Of a stretch of DNA of 64,000 nucleotides, positions 21,430 to 31,285 are shown in pieces. The notes beneath the pieces were generated by a model, which made no database searches, was not told the DNA's origin, and saw nothing but the letters and a program-made list of their open reading frames with translations. The stretch's first letter is position 1, and every line of letters begins with the position of its first letter. The translations under genes and the position numbers were made by a program. The DNA is taken from NCBI GenBank assembly GCA_964441285.1, contig CAYTUK010000001.1:156939-220938 (forward strand), read 5' to 3'. The DNA is from an uncultured Thiotrichaceae bacterium (GTDB lineage Bacteria; Pseudomonadota; Gammaproteobacteria; SZUA-229).

Positions 21430-21720
21430 CTATTTGTGCAGGTTATAGCTGCGTAATTTTTTACGCAGCGTGCCACGATTTAAGCCAAGAAATGCTGCCG
21501 CCTTGGACTGGTTGCCCTTGGTATGTTCGAGAATTGCTTCGAACAGGGGGCGTTCGATCTGTTTTAATACCAAATCGTACATATTAGTGGGTTGGGCATC
21601 TTCCAGCTCATAGAGATAACGACGAATGGAGTGTTTGACTGCGTGGCTCAGTTGGGAAATCTCTTCGTGATGTGGGTTATTAAGCTGGTCGTTAAGGTCG
21701 TGAATATTTTGTGCGTTCAT
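21430..21720 (-). CDS. fis: DNA-binding protein Fis
   Basis: 96 aa; C-terminal HTH GNQSKAAAFLGLNRGTLRKKLRSY. Confidence 0.9.
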   Translation of the reverse strand: MNAQNIHDLNDQLNNPHHEEISQLSHAVKHSIRRYLYELEDAQPTNMYDLVLKQIERPLFEAILEHTKGNQSKAAAFLGLNRGTLRKKLRSYNLHK

Positions 21721-21731
21721 GCGGCTTCTTA

Positions 21732-22733
21732 TTATCTGGTTTTATAGTTAGATTTATTTTTTGAAATAAAATGATTAGTGGTAAAAAAATTAGTGACAAG
21801 TTCCAGCTGTGTGCCGCTGTCTTCTATTACATTTATCCGTTTTTTGAAGGCATCAGCCTGAGCCTGGTTTTTACAGTACCATGCTATATGTTTGCGAGCA
21901 ATTCTTACGCCAGCCTGTTCGCCGTAAAAAGTATATAAGTTTTTAAGGTGTTTTAGCAATATAAAAAGAATTTCTTTACTTTCGGGAGGAGCGATCAGGT
22001 TGCCGTGGTCAAGATAATGTCGGATTTCACGAAAAATCCACGGGTTGCCCTGTGCCGCACGACCAATCATTAAGGCATCGGCATTGGTATAATCAAGCAC
22101 CTGCCTGGCCTTTTCCGCGTTGCTTATATCACCATTAGCAATCACTGGAATTGAGATGGAAGCCTTAACTTCGGCAATGGTGTCATATTCTGCGTCACCT
22201 CGGTAGGCGCAATGGCGGGTGCGTCCATGAATGGTGAGCGCTGCTACGCCATTATCTTCAGCAATTTTTGCAATGGTTAAAGCATTGCGGTTACTTTTGT
22301 CCCAACCGGTACGAATTTTCAGGGTAACGGGTAAATTGACTGCATTTACCACTGCTTTAAGAATGGCGGCAACTCGTGATTCGGTTTTCATCAATGCGGC
22401 ACCGGCCATCACATGGCAGACTTTCTTTGCTGGACAGCCCATGTTGATATCGATAATCTGTGCACCATGCTTAGCGTTAAAAATTGCAGCTGCGGCCATC
22501 TGTTTGGGTTCTGTTCCCGCTATTTGTACACTGCGTAGACCCGGCTCGCCATCATGGTTAAGACGCAGCCGGGTTTTTTTCGTGTGCCACAGGTGTTGCT
22601 GCGTGGTCACCATTTCTGACACGCAAAAACTGGCACCAAGTTGGTGACACAGGGTGCGAAATGGGCGGTCTGTGACACCGGCCATTGGTGCGAGAATTAG
22701 AGGCGTGCTGAACTGGTTGGAACCTATCTTCAT
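21732..22733 (-). CDS. dusB: tRNA-dihydrouridine synthase B
   Basis: 333 aa; Dus TIM-barrel motifs (LAPMAGVTD, catalytic Cys region NMGCPAKKV); classic dusB-fis operon. Confidence 0.9.
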   Translation of the reverse strand: MKIGSNQFSTPLILAPMAGVTDRPFRTLCHQLGASFCVSEMVTTQQHLWHTKKTRLRLNHDGEPGLRSVQIAGTEPKQMAAAAIFNAKHGAQIIDINMGCPAKKVCHVMAGAALMKTESRVAAILKAVVNAVNLPVTLKIRTGWDKSNRNALTIAKIAEDNGVAALTIHGRTRHCAYRGDAEYDTIAEVKASISIPVIANGDISNAEKARQVLDYTNADALMIGRAAQGNPWIFREIRHYLDHGNLIAPPESKEILFILLKHLKNLYTFYGEQAGVRIARKHIAWYCKNQAQADAFKKRINVIEDSGTQLELVTNFFTTNHFISKNKSNYKTR

Positions 22734-22813
22734 GGGGCGTTATTTTGACAGGTTTTAGCTCAGAGTTATATGCGTAAATACTTTGGTGAGCAGTATAAAG
22801 TGTGCTACAGCGG

Positions 22814-23674
22814 TTAGAGGAAACTAAATTCGTAGGTCATTGCCTGTTTACCTGGGTCCTTAATCGCCAGTGTGAAGCTCACTGGTTGACCTGGGGTGAG
22901 TAACTGATGCAGGTTTTGGCTGGTGGGCAAATACTCTTTTGGGGTGAATCGGCGGGCAGCAACAATACGGCCACGAATATTTGAGAAATCGACTTGCATA
23001 TCCGGGTAGGGCTGGGCATAACTGGCATGATTTACCAGCGTAACAGCGATGGTTAAAGCCTGTTTCCGATTCGGCTGGTTATAGATGTTTCTCCTCAATA
23101 ATTCAATTTGTGCTGGGTTGCGCAGGTTCGCCCACGCACAATTAACGTGTTTACAGACCTGTTTGATCCAGGGTTGTGCTTCGGGTAATTGTGCTAGCTG
23201 ATTACGATTGAACCAAACATATTCAACAATCAAAGTGAAGCCGAGAAACAGAATGGCCAGACTCCATAATAGGCTGCCAATTACTGTGGGTGAATGGCGC
23301 TGGTTATTACGGTATTTGTCGGGGATGACTGAATTTGCCGAAAAATTTGAGTCGTCGCTTTCCTCCAGTTGAAACAGATCAAACTCAGTCTCAGCTTTGT
23401 CCGCATTCACTTCATGCTCAGAAATGGTGCGGTTTTCATCGGCGGTGATTTCTTTTTGTCCGTTTTCTGCATGGGTATCGCTAGCTGCCTCGAAAGCGGA
23501 GTCGGTAGAGTTTTTAGTAAGAGCTTTGTCTGTTGTGTTATTGCTGGCATCCTCTTTGAGGGCATTGAAAACTTCATCGCAGACGCCGCAACGCACCAGA
23601 CCTTCGGCAATGTGAAGCTGATCTTTATTAAGCCGAAATTGGGTTTTGCAGTGTGGGCACTGGGTTTGCATCAA
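22814..23674 (-). CDS. zinc-ribbon (MJ0042-type) plus DUF3426 domain protein
   Basis: N-terminal CPHC...CGVC zinc ribbon; acidic linker; TM; C-terminal DUF3426-like region; conserved position between prmA and dusB as in Pseudomonas. Confidence 0.7.
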   Translation of the reverse strand: MMQTQCPHCKTQFRLNKDQLHIAEGLVRCGVCDEVFNALKEDASNNTTDKALTKNSTDSAFEAASDTHAENGQKEITADENRTISEHEVNADKAETEFDLFQLEESDDSNFSANSVIPDKYRNNQRHSPTVIGSLLWSLAILFLGFTLIVEYVWFNRNQLAQLPEAQPWIKQVCKHVNCAWANLRNPAQIELLRRNIYNQPNRKQALTIAVTLVNHASYAQPYPDMQVDFSNIRGRIVAARRFTPKEYLPTSQNLHQLLTPGQPVSFTLAIKDPGKQAMTYEFSFL

Positions 23675-23784
23675 GTGACTTTACACTATTTTCTGTTTTT
23701 TGGGGACCGGCTCGTTAGCAGGGGATATTTGATCCTGATCTGTAAGGACTAAAAGGGATTGATGCTAAATTGGACCTGTTTTTT

Positions 23785-24708
23785 TTACCGACAAATACCG
23801 TGCAATAAAACCCAGTCTCCGTCAATTATGGCTTTATCCATATTGAAATACGTGAGGTAAACTTGCCGAACATTCTCGGCTTGTTCATGAAGAATGCCTG
23901 ATAAAATAATATCGCCGCCGGTACGACAGTGGCTTGCCAGTTGTGGTGCAAGCTGGATGAGCGGGCCACTGAGTATATTGGCAATAACAATGTCGTATAG
24001 TGCGTTAGTGTGTTGTGCATTATATTCATCAGGTAGGTAAATCGAGGTATTTTCCCCAACCTGATTGGCATGGGCATTGGATAGCGTGGCCTGTAATGCC
24101 TGTGGGTCAAGATCGACGCAATCGGCATTGGTTAGACCTAATAACCTGGCGGCAATCGCGAGAATACCAGAGCCACAGCCAAAATCGAGCAGCGAGTGTT
24201 GCTGCTGAATATTGGCGTCCAGCCAGCGCAGGCATAAGGCGGTAGTCGGGTGTGTGCCAGTACCAAAAGCCAGACCGGGATCAAGCCGTAAATTTACTGC
24301 ATTTTTATCGGGCGGTTGCTGATGCCAGGGGCAGACCCAGAGCCGCTTACCAAACTGCATGGGTTGGTAATGATCCATCCATGCGCGTGTCCAGTTCCGG
24401 TCGGCAAGAATTTCGTGTTCAATGTTGATTTCTACTGGTGGTAAACCGGCGGTTAAATTTAGCGGTGAATCCGTCTGTAAGCAGCTCAGTATTGCACGCT
24501 TGGTTTCACCGGTGTTAATGTTGGCAGGAAATAAACCAGTGACCACGGCTTTATCCCATACTGGTGTCTGGCCGAGTTCAGGTTCCAGTATAGGCTGGTC
24601 AGCGGCATCACGAAGAGTGACAGTCTGTGCGCCATGAGCAAACAGACAGTCCTCGACAGATTCGGTGAATGTGTTTGTGGCCGTAACTGATATTTGTATC
24701 CAGTCCAT
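23785..24708 (-). CDS. prmA: ribosomal protein L11 methyltransferase
   Basis: 307 aa; PrmA N-terminal domain and SAM-binding LDFGCGSGILAIAA. Confidence 0.9.
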   Translation of the reverse strand: MDWIQISVTATNTFTESVEDCLFAHGAQTVTLRDAADQPILEPELGQTPVWDKAVVTGLFPANINTGETKRAILSCLQTDSPLNLTAGLPPVEINIEHEILADRNWTRAWMDHYQPMQFGKRLWVCPWHQQPPDKNAVNLRLDPGLAFGTGTHPTTALCLRWLDANIQQQHSLLDFGCGSGILAIAARLLGLTNADCVDLDPQALQATLSNAHANQVGENTSIYLPDEYNAQHTNALYDIVIANILSGPLIQLAPQLASHCRTGGDIILSGILHEQAENVRQVYLTYFNMDKAIIDGDWVLLHGICR

Positions 24709-25028
24709 AATTTAATTGCTGGGTTGCTCTAATTGCGCGATTAGTCTGTTGGGGCTATTATCTATGTAATGTTATCGACACAAGCTATCTGTGTGGTTGC
24801 GTTTGAGTTTAACATTATTACTGAAACGGATGAAAAGGATACTTACTTATTCAAGACCGTTAGCCGCAGGGATGCGGGTGTCGAGCCTACACGGATGTAT
24901 TGACAGCGTGTCTTAATAATAAGTGTCCTTTTCATCCGTCCTGTTAGTTAAATGTGCAGGCGAACTGGAATGTTAATTATGGTCGCTAGATTTTAATTTC
25001 AAAATATTGAATTAATGATTTGTTGTGA

Positions 25029-25508
25029 GTGAGTGGTATGGATCAGGATAATTTTGAAACAGCATTAAACAGAATGAGGGCGAAAGATTATTTTGCTGCC
25101 AGCCGTGCGTTTGAAAAAATATCGGGGGTAATGGGTGAGCAGGACGGGCAATATAATTTAATTATTTCGTACCTGGGTCTGGCTCAGGTATTTACTGGCA
25201 ATACAGAAGGTTTGCTGTTATGTCGTGATGCCGCCAGTAGTGAAACACTTGATGGTGATGTGTTTCTGAATCTTGCTGCTGCGGAATGGGAATCGTCGAA
25301 TCGAAAGCGCACGATTGATGCCATTAAGCGAGGAGTAAAAATTGATGGTGGCAATAAAAGACTGGATTATGCCAGCACAAAGCTTGGTTGTCGTAAACGC
25401 TGCTGTTTTAATTTTCTGCCGCGTGCCCATCATTTAAACCGCTTATTTGGGCACTTATTGCGTCGATCTCATGAAGACTTAACGGCATATCATCTGCTCT
25501 TTCCATAA
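25029..25508 (+). CDS. hypothetical protein (weak)
   Basis: 159-aa ORF with GTG start; first ~110 aa look protein-like, but the C-terminal part is Cys/Arg-rich and may be non-coding read-through; no family recognised. Confidence 0.3.
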   Translation: MSGMDQDNFETALNRMRAKDYFAASRAFEKISGVMGEQDGQYNLIISYLGLAQVFTGNTEGLLLCRDAASSETLDGDVFLNLAAAEWESSNRKRTIDAIKRGVKIDGGNKRLDYASTKLGCRKRCCFNFLPRAHHLNRLFGHLLRRSHEDLTAYHLLFP

Positions 25509-25545
25509 AGCAGAATAAAAACAGTGCCCCGTGTTATAGTATGTG

Positions 25546-25901
25546 TTGGAGTTGGCTAGGTGATCGCGCTAACCCTGTTTCCAGGGTTGGGGAGGAAAGT
25601 CCGGGCTCCATAGGACAGAGCGCCAGGTAACGCCTGGGAGGTGAAAGCTTACGGAAAGTGCCGCAGAAAATATACCGCCGATTGGTTTTAGTATTAATCG
25701 GTAAGGGTGAAATGGTGTGGTAAGAGCACACCGCGTGGCTGGTAACAGGCATGGCAAGGTAAACCCCGCTCGGAGCAAGACCAAATAGGGGGGCATTATG
25801 CGTGGTCCGCGCTGCCCTCGGGTAGGTTGCTTGAGGTGCATGGTGACATGTTCCCAGATGAATGATCACCCTCGACAGAACCCGGCTTATCGGCCAACTC
25901 C
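25546..25901 (+). ncRNA. rnpB: RNase P RNA, bacterial type A
   Basis: Conserved blocks GGAGGAAAGTCCGGGCTCCATAGG, GCCAGGTAACGCCTGGG, ACGGAAAGTGCCGCAGAAAATATACCGCC, GGTAAGGGTGAAA, GGTAAGAGC, GGTAACAG, GGTAAACCCC, GGAGCAAGACCAAATAGG, CAGAACCCGGCTTATCGG; the 5' GGAGTTGGC pairs with 3' GCCAACTCC (P1); followed by TTTTT. Confidence 0.9.
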
Positions 25902-26120
25902 TTTTTAAATAATCGTCAGCAGTTATCGGCAGGCAGTCACAATGTCTGCCAACTGTGTGGTTCCTTCAGATAGATCTCCAACTTAAAGTAAATTATTGGT
26001 TTTGATTATCAAGCTGATGATTTAAAAACATATCTTATATAAGCCCTTTCTGTTTCCCTTAAATGATGGCTAAGTTGCTGTCAGAGTTACACTTTTTAAT
26101 GTTTGTTCGCATAAAAATGC

Positions 26121-26150
26121 TTGACATTGAGGTGTCGAACTACCTATAGT
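26121..26150 (+). promoter_or_regulatory. sigma70-type Pmra promoter (TTGACA-18-TATAGT)
   Basis: TTGACA at 26121-26126 and TATAGT at 26145-26150, upstream of mraZ. Confidence 0.55.
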
Positions 26151-26158
26151 GTCGCTAT

Positions 26159-26183
26159 GTGGTAAAAAGTGGTAAAAAGTGGG
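26159..26183 (+). promoter_or_regulatory. MraZ operator: three direct GTGG(T/G) repeats at 10-bp periodicity
   Basis: GTGGTAAAAAGTGGTAAAAAGTGGG; matches the known MraZ binding architecture (GTGGG direct repeats with 5-nt spacers) just downstream of the -10. Confidence 0.6.
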
Positions 26184-26221
26184 ATTTTCTGGATTCAGGG
26201 TTGACTACACATAATAATAAA

Positions 26222-26680
26222 ATGAATTTTCGTGGGATAAACAATGTGGCGGTGGACGCAAAAGGCAGAATGGCAATGCCGGCGCGTTATCGTGAGCGTC
26301 TGCTTGAAAGTTGCGGTGGTCACCTGATTGTTACGGTTGATCGCGATCATTGTTTGCTTGTCTACCCACTCCCTGAATGGGAAATTATTGAAAATAAATT
26401 AATCGAACTGCCTAGTCTAAACAAGCAGGCGCGGCTGTTGCAGCGTTTGTACATTGGTTACGCGACCGAGCTTGAAATGGATGCGCAGGGTCGAATTCTA
26501 CTTCCTGTTATGTTACGTGAGTATGCGAATCTGGGGAAGAAGACAGTTTTAATTGGTCAGGGTAAAAAGTTTGAAATTTGGGATGAACTGGTCTGGACTG
26601 AAAGTCAGGCCGACTGGGTGGCCGCTGTTCAGGCTGATAGTGATGAGTTACCGTCGGCGCTTGAAAACCTGTCACTGTAG
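26222..26680 (+). CDS. mraZ: transcriptional regulator MraZ
   Basis: MNFRGINNVAVDAKGRMAMPARYRERL N-terminus typical of MraZ; the ORF caller start 26159 lies in the operator, so ATG 26222 is preferred. Confidence 0.9.
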   Translation: MNFRGINNVAVDAKGRMAMPARYRERLLESCGGHLIVTVDRDHCLLVYPLPEWEIIENKLIELPSLNKQARLLQRLYIGYATELEMDAQGRILLPVMLREYANLGKKTVLIGQGKKFEIWDELVWTESQADWVAAVQADSDELPSALENLSL

Positions 26681-26683
26681 AAA

Positions 26684-27616
26684 ATGGGTAACTATGTACA
26701 TCAGCCGGTGCTTCTCAAAGAGTCACTGTCAGCGCTAAATATTTGTCCTGATGGGGTTTATATTGATGCTACGTTTGGTCGTGGTGGGCATAGCCGAATT
26801 CTGCTTAAACAATTAAATGAAACGGGTCGTCTGCTAGGGTTTGATCAGGATCCAGAAGCGATTACTTATGGCGAACAGCATTTTGCTGATGAGCCGCGAC
26901 TGATACTTGAACACTGTAACTTCAATCAGGTAAAACGCGTGATTGAGAAACACAAGCTGGTAGGAAAAGTAAACGGCATTCTGATGGATCTGGGGGTGTC
27001 ATCACCACAGCTGGATAACGCCAGTCGCGGGTTTAGTTTTGTGCGCTCTGGCCCGCTGGATATGCGCATGGATACTAGCTGTGGTGAATCGGCTATGCAA
27101 TGGTTAGCGCGTGTTGAGCTAACGGATTTGAGAAATGTACTCAAGTGGTATGGTGAAGAACGCTTTGCAAAGCGTATTGCAACGGCCATTGTTGATGCGC
27201 GGAATGAGCAGGTTATTTCAACCACCGGCGAACTTGCGCAAATAGTAACGGACGCGATTCCGGTAAAAGAAAAATATAAGCACCCAGCAACACGTAGTTT
27301 TCAGGCGATTCGGATTTTTATTAACCAGGAGCTAAAGGTGCTGGAAGAGGGGCTTGATGGTGCTATCTCAATTCTTGCTGATGGTGGTCGCCTGGCGGTA
27401 ATCAGTTTTCATTCGTTGGAAGATCGCATTGTAAAACGGTTTATGCGGAATAAATCGACGCGACCCAGATTACCAGCAGGTTTGCCTGTTATGGATGCAG
27501 ATATTGAAATCCCGTTTCGATTAGTGGGTAAGCCTATCGTAGCGGGTGAACTGGAGTTGGTGAGTAATAAGCGAGCAAGAAGTGCACGTTTGCGCGTGCT
27601 AGAGAAGAAGAAATGA
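26684..27616 (+). CDS. rsmH: 16S rRNA (cytosine1402-N4)-methyltransferase
   Basis: 310 aa; HQPVLL, DATFGRGGHS, LMDLGVSSPQLD motifs. Confidence 0.95.
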   Translation: MGNYVHQPVLLKESLSALNICPDGVYIDATFGRGGHSRILLKQLNETGRLLGFDQDPEAITYGEQHFADEPRLILEHCNFNQVKRVIEKHKLVGKVNGILMDLGVSSPQLDNASRGFSFVRSGPLDMRMDTSCGESAMQWLARVELTDLRNVLKWYGEERFAKRIATAIVDARNEQVISTTGELAQIVTDAIPVKEKYKHPATRSFQAIRIFINQELKVLEEGLDGAISILADGGRLAVISFHSLEDRIVKRFMRNKSTRPRLPAGLPVMDADIEIPFRLVGKPIVAGELELVSNKRARSARLRVLEKKK

Positions 27617-27894
27617 GTGCGCGACAGCGAATGCTCATTGTGCTGATATTGTTGTACGTGATGGTAATGGCATCTGCATTACTGCTGGTTTATAGCAGGC
27701 ATCAGTCACGAAAACTCTTTGTTGAATTGCAGCAATTGAATCATAGAATTGGCGCATTAAATACAGAATGGAGCCAGTTACAACTAGAGCAGAGTGCCTG
27801 GTCGAGACATGGACGGATAGAAGGGAAAGCCCGCAAGGAACTGTCGATGATTATGCCTCGATCAGATAAAGTGATTTATGTGAGGTTGCAATAA
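27613..27894 (+). CDS. ftsL: cell division protein FtsL
   Basis: 93 aa; single TM and coiled coil; position between rsmH and ftsI. Confidence 0.8.
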   Translation: MSARQRMLIVLILLYVMVMASALLLVYSRHQSRKLFVELQQLNHRIGALNTEWSQLQLEQSAWSRHGRIEGKARKELSMIMPRSDKVIYVRLQ

Positions 27895-27903
27895 AAAAAC
27901 GCA

Positions 27904-29742
27904 ATGAAGCAGAAAAAAAAAGTACAAAAATCTGCGCGTAAGCTAGTTGTTCGCCAAAGGACAGTTCGGTCGAAGGATAAAAATATACCGATGCCCTGGC
28001 GTCGGTTATCGGTATTATTGGTGTTTGTTGTACTGGTTCTGGTGCTTGCGGGGAAAGCGCTGGACATGCAGGTATTGCATAGTGGATTTTATGAGCAGCA
28101 AGGCAAAGCTCGTCAGGTTCGTACGGTTACAATTGCGGCACACCGAGGTGATATTGTTGACAGAAATGGACAGCCATTGGCGATTAGTGCCCCAGTTAAA
28201 AGTATCTGGATTAACCCAGGTGAAGTGCAGAAAGATGTTGGTGAATTAATGCCTCTGGCAAAGCTGCTGTCGCTCAATATGAAAAAACTACGGATTAAAA
28301 TTAAACGTAATGCAAAACGTGAATTTATGTACTTAAAGCGACAGGTACCACCTAATCTGGCAGCGAAGGTAATGGCATTATCTATTCCTGGTGTTGCTAC
28401 AGGAAATGAATACCGTCGTTATTACCCCAGTGGTGAGGTGACTGCGCATGTTCTTGGTTTTGTTGATATTGATAATAACGGACAGGAAGGTATTGAGCTA
28501 GCTTATAATAAATACTTAAAAGGAGTGCCGGGAAAAAAGCGCGTGATACGTGACCGTCTGGGTCGAGTGTTTGATGATATTGAGAGAATTAGCCCGGTGA
28601 AACCGGGTCAGTCCATTCATCTTAGCATTGATAAGCGGTTACAGTATCTGACTTATCGAACATTAAAAGCAGCAGTGATAAAAAATAATGCAGTGGCAGG
28701 TTCTGCAGTAATTCTGGATGTAAAAACAGGTGAGATACTGGCGATGGCAAACCAGCCATCATTTAACCCGAATGATAGAGATCAGCTAATACCACAAGCA
28801 ACACGAAATCGTGCAGTGACGGATGTTTTTGAACCGGGTTCTACTATGAAACCAATTAGTATTGCTGCGGCGTTAGAAAGTGGTCGCTGGAAACCTTCTG
28901 ACAAAATAGAAACTGCACCTGGTTATATGAAAGTAGACGGAAATATGATTCGTGATGAAAGAAATTATGGTGAGCTGAGTATGGGCGAGGTGATAGAAAA
29001 ATCCAGCAATGTTGGTATTAGCAAAATTGTTCTGTCTCTGGATGAGGAGACACAATGGGATATGTATCGAAAGATAGGGTTTGGTGTGTCAACGGGTAGT
29101 GGCTTCCCTGGTGAGGCAAGCGGTAGACTTTCTTTAACCGCAATGAATAATGATTTTACTCGCGCAACGATGGCCTATGGTTATGGTATTTCTGTTACGC
29201 CTTTACAGCTGGCACGAGCATACGCTGCTATAGCCAGTAATGGTATCTTGCGCCCAGTGAGTTTTTTGCATAAAAACCATCCAGTAGCTGTGGCTGGTCG
29301 GCGTGTTATGTCAGCTAAAACGGCACGAGAAGTACGCAAAATGATGCAACTTGTTGTAAGTGATAAAGGTACTGGTAAGCGTGCGCGTGTGGCGAACTAT
29401 TCGGTTGCAGGAAAAACCGGAACGGTGCATAAATTTATTAAAGGTGGTTACGCGAAAGATCACTATATATCAATTTTTGCGGGCATGATACCAGCAAATA
29501 AGCCAGATCTTGTGATGGTAGTCGTGATTGATGATCCACGTAATGGTGAATATTTCGGTGGTCTAGTTGCGGCACCAGTATTTAGCAAAGTAATGACAGG
29601 CGCAGTGCGTTTACTCGATATTTCTCCAGATAAAATAGCAAAAAAACAGTTATTATTTGCTCAAAAACACAGACCACTTAACCCTGCAACACAATCTTTA
29701 AATCATCAATATGATAAAAAAATTATCAGCGGGCAGGTGTAA
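27904..29742 (+). CDS. ftsI: peptidoglycan D,D-transpeptidase FtsI (PBP3)
   Basis: PBP dimerisation and transpeptidase domains; SxxK (STMKP), SSN (KSSNVG), KTG (KTGT); the start may be at the internal Met (27991). Confidence 0.9.
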   Translation: MKQKKKVQKSARKLVVRQRTVRSKDKNIPMPWRRLSVLLVFVVLVLVLAGKALDMQVLHSGFYEQQGKARQVRTVTIAAHRGDIVDRNGQPLAISAPVKSIWINPGEVQKDVGELMPLAKLLSLNMKKLRIKIKRNAKREFMYLKRQVPPNLAAKVMALSIPGVATGNEYRRYYPSGEVTAHVLGFVDIDNNGQEGIELAYNKYLKGVPGKKRVIRDRLGRVFDDIERISPVKPGQSIHLSIDKRLQYLTYRTLKAAVIKNNAVAGSAVILDVKTGEILAMANQPSFNPNDRDQLIPQATRNRAVTDVFEPGSTMKPISIAAALESGRWKPSDKIETAPGYMKVDGNMIRDERNYGELSMGEVIEKSSNVGISKIVLSLDEETQWDMYRKIGFGVSTGSGFPGEASGRLSLTAMNNDFTRATMAYGYGISVTPLQLARAYAAIASNGILRPVSFLHKNHPVAVAGRRVMSAKTAREVRKMMQLVVSDKGTGKRARVANYSVAGKTGTVHKFIKGGYAKDHYISIFAGMIPANKPDLVMVVVIDDPRNGEYFGGLVAAPVFSKVMTGAVRLLDISPDKIAKKQLLFAQKHRPLNPATQSLNHQYDKKIISGQV

Positions 29743-29746
29743 TATT

Positions 29747-31285
29747 ATGCAGGCATCAATGTTACTGGATTTTTTACTTGAGGGTTTTATTGATGATTCC
29801 CTAATTGAACAATGTAGAAATATTGAAGTCAATGCCCTGGTTCAAGATAGCCGGAAGATAAAAAAGGGTGATTTATTTATCGCGCACCAGGGTTTCAATA
29901 CGCATGGTCTGCTGTATGCACAGGATGCCGTTTCGAAAGGAGCGAGCATAGTTTTATGGGATGGTGATATTGTCAATCGTGATGAGATTCTGGATTCTAT
30001 TTCTAATAAAGTTTTATGTATTCATTGCGCTAATTTGAAACAAAAGGTTGGCGAGATTGCTTCACGATTTTATGGGCAGCCTTCCTTGTCGCTAGATATG
30101 ATTGGTGTAACAGGTACGGATGGTAAAACCACTATTTCACATTTTATTGCACAATGTCTGGATGCCTATGATGTGCATTGTGGTATTTTAGGTACGCTTG
30201 GAAACGGTTTTATTAATGATTTGCATCCGACAGGATTGACCACGGTTGATGCTTTGCAAGTTCAAAAAACATTGTATGACATTCAACAGGCCGGTGCTAG
30301 ACATGCAGTGATGGAAGTATCTTCTCATGGGTTAGAACAAGGCCGTGTAAATGGCGTTGCCTTTACAACTGCGGTGTTCAGCAATCTGGCTTCTGATCAT
30401 ATGGATTACCATAAATCAATGGCTAATTATGTTGAGGCTAAACGTAAATTATTTTATACGCCGGGTTTGAAAGCGGCGGTTATTAATCTGGATGATAAAT
30501 ATGGTCGAGAGCTGGCAAAAGAATGTCGTCAGCATGTTTGTGTCTGGGGCTACAGTATACAGGATAATACCAGGCCACTTGCCCAATATGCTGATTACCT
30601 TGTTCATACAACACAGATAAAACCCTATGAGACTGGTTTTTACCTTACCGTACAAACACCAAAAGGTGAGGGCCATATTGATGTGCCGGTACTTGGTCGC
30701 TTTAATGTATCAAATGCACTGGCAGTGCTAGCAACACTTTTAGTTACGCAGTCCAGTTTTGATGATGCCGTAAAAAGTCTGCGGAATATTTACCCTGTTG
30801 ATGGTCGTGTAGAAGTAATTGCAGAAGAGAATAAGCCTGTTGTGGTGGTTGATTATGCGCATACAGAACAAGGATTGTCAGCCGTATGCCAGTCTATTCG
30901 TGACCATTTTAAAGGTGATTTGTGGTGTTTGTTTGGTTGTGGTGGAGATCGTGATCGCAGTAAGCGACCTTTAATGGCAAAAGTTGCTGAAGAATATGCG
31001 GATAAAATTATTGTCACAACAGATAATCCACGGCATGAAAATGCACAGCACATTATTGATGAAGTGATGGCCGGTTTTGAAAACAGGGAGAATGTTGAAC
31101 AGATTATTGATCGACGCCATGCTATAGAAATTGCTATTACAAATGCAAAATCTGGTGATGTGGTTTTATTAGCGGGCAAAGGTCATGAAACCAGTCAAGT
31201 AGTAGGTGATGTGCATATTGCATTTGATGATCGTCGGGTCGCGCGCGAGTTTCTTGCAGCAAGAGAAGATGAGGTGGTGGTGTGA
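29747..31285 (+). CDS. murE: UDP-N-acetylmuramoyl-L-alanyl-D-glutamate--2,6-diaminopimelate ligase
   Basis: Mur ligase P-loop GVTGTDGKTT; DNPR motif typical of meso-DAP-adding MurE; the ORF caller starts at 29711. Confidence 0.9.
   Translation: MQASMLLDFLLEGFIDDSLIEQCRNIEVNALVQDSRKIKKGDLFIAHQGFNTHGLLYAQDAVSKGASIVLWDGDIVNRDEILDSISNKVLCIHCANLKQKVGEIASRFYGQPSLSLDMIGVTGTDGKTTISHFIAQCLDAYDVHCGILGTLGNGFINDLHPTGLTTVDALQVQKTLYDIQQAGARHAVMEVSSHGLEQGRVNGVAFTTAVFSNLASDHMDYHKSMANYVEAKRKLFYTPGLKAAVINLDDKYGRELAKECRQHVCVWGYSIQDNTRPLAQYADYLVHTTQIKPYETGFYLTVQTPKGEGHIDVPVLGRFNVSNALAVLATLLVTQSSFDDAVKSLRNIYPVDGRVEVIAEENKPVVVVDYAHTEQGLSAVCQSIRDHFKGDLWCLFGCGGDRDRSKRPLMAKVAEEYADKIIVTTDNPRHENAQHIIDEVMAGFENRENVEQIIDRRHAIEIAITNAKSGDVVLLAGKGHETSQVVGDVHIAFDDRRVAREFLAAREDEVVV

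Noticed and set aside
24826-24952. 6S RNA (ssrS) as identity of the long hairpin
   Set aside because: The element is ~125 nt, well short of the ~180-nt 6S RNA, and lacks the characteristic central bubble context. Kept only as an unclassified structured element.
25534-25869. 111-aa minus-strand ORF
   Set aside because: Lies entirely antisense to RNase P RNA (rnpB); classic spurious ORF.
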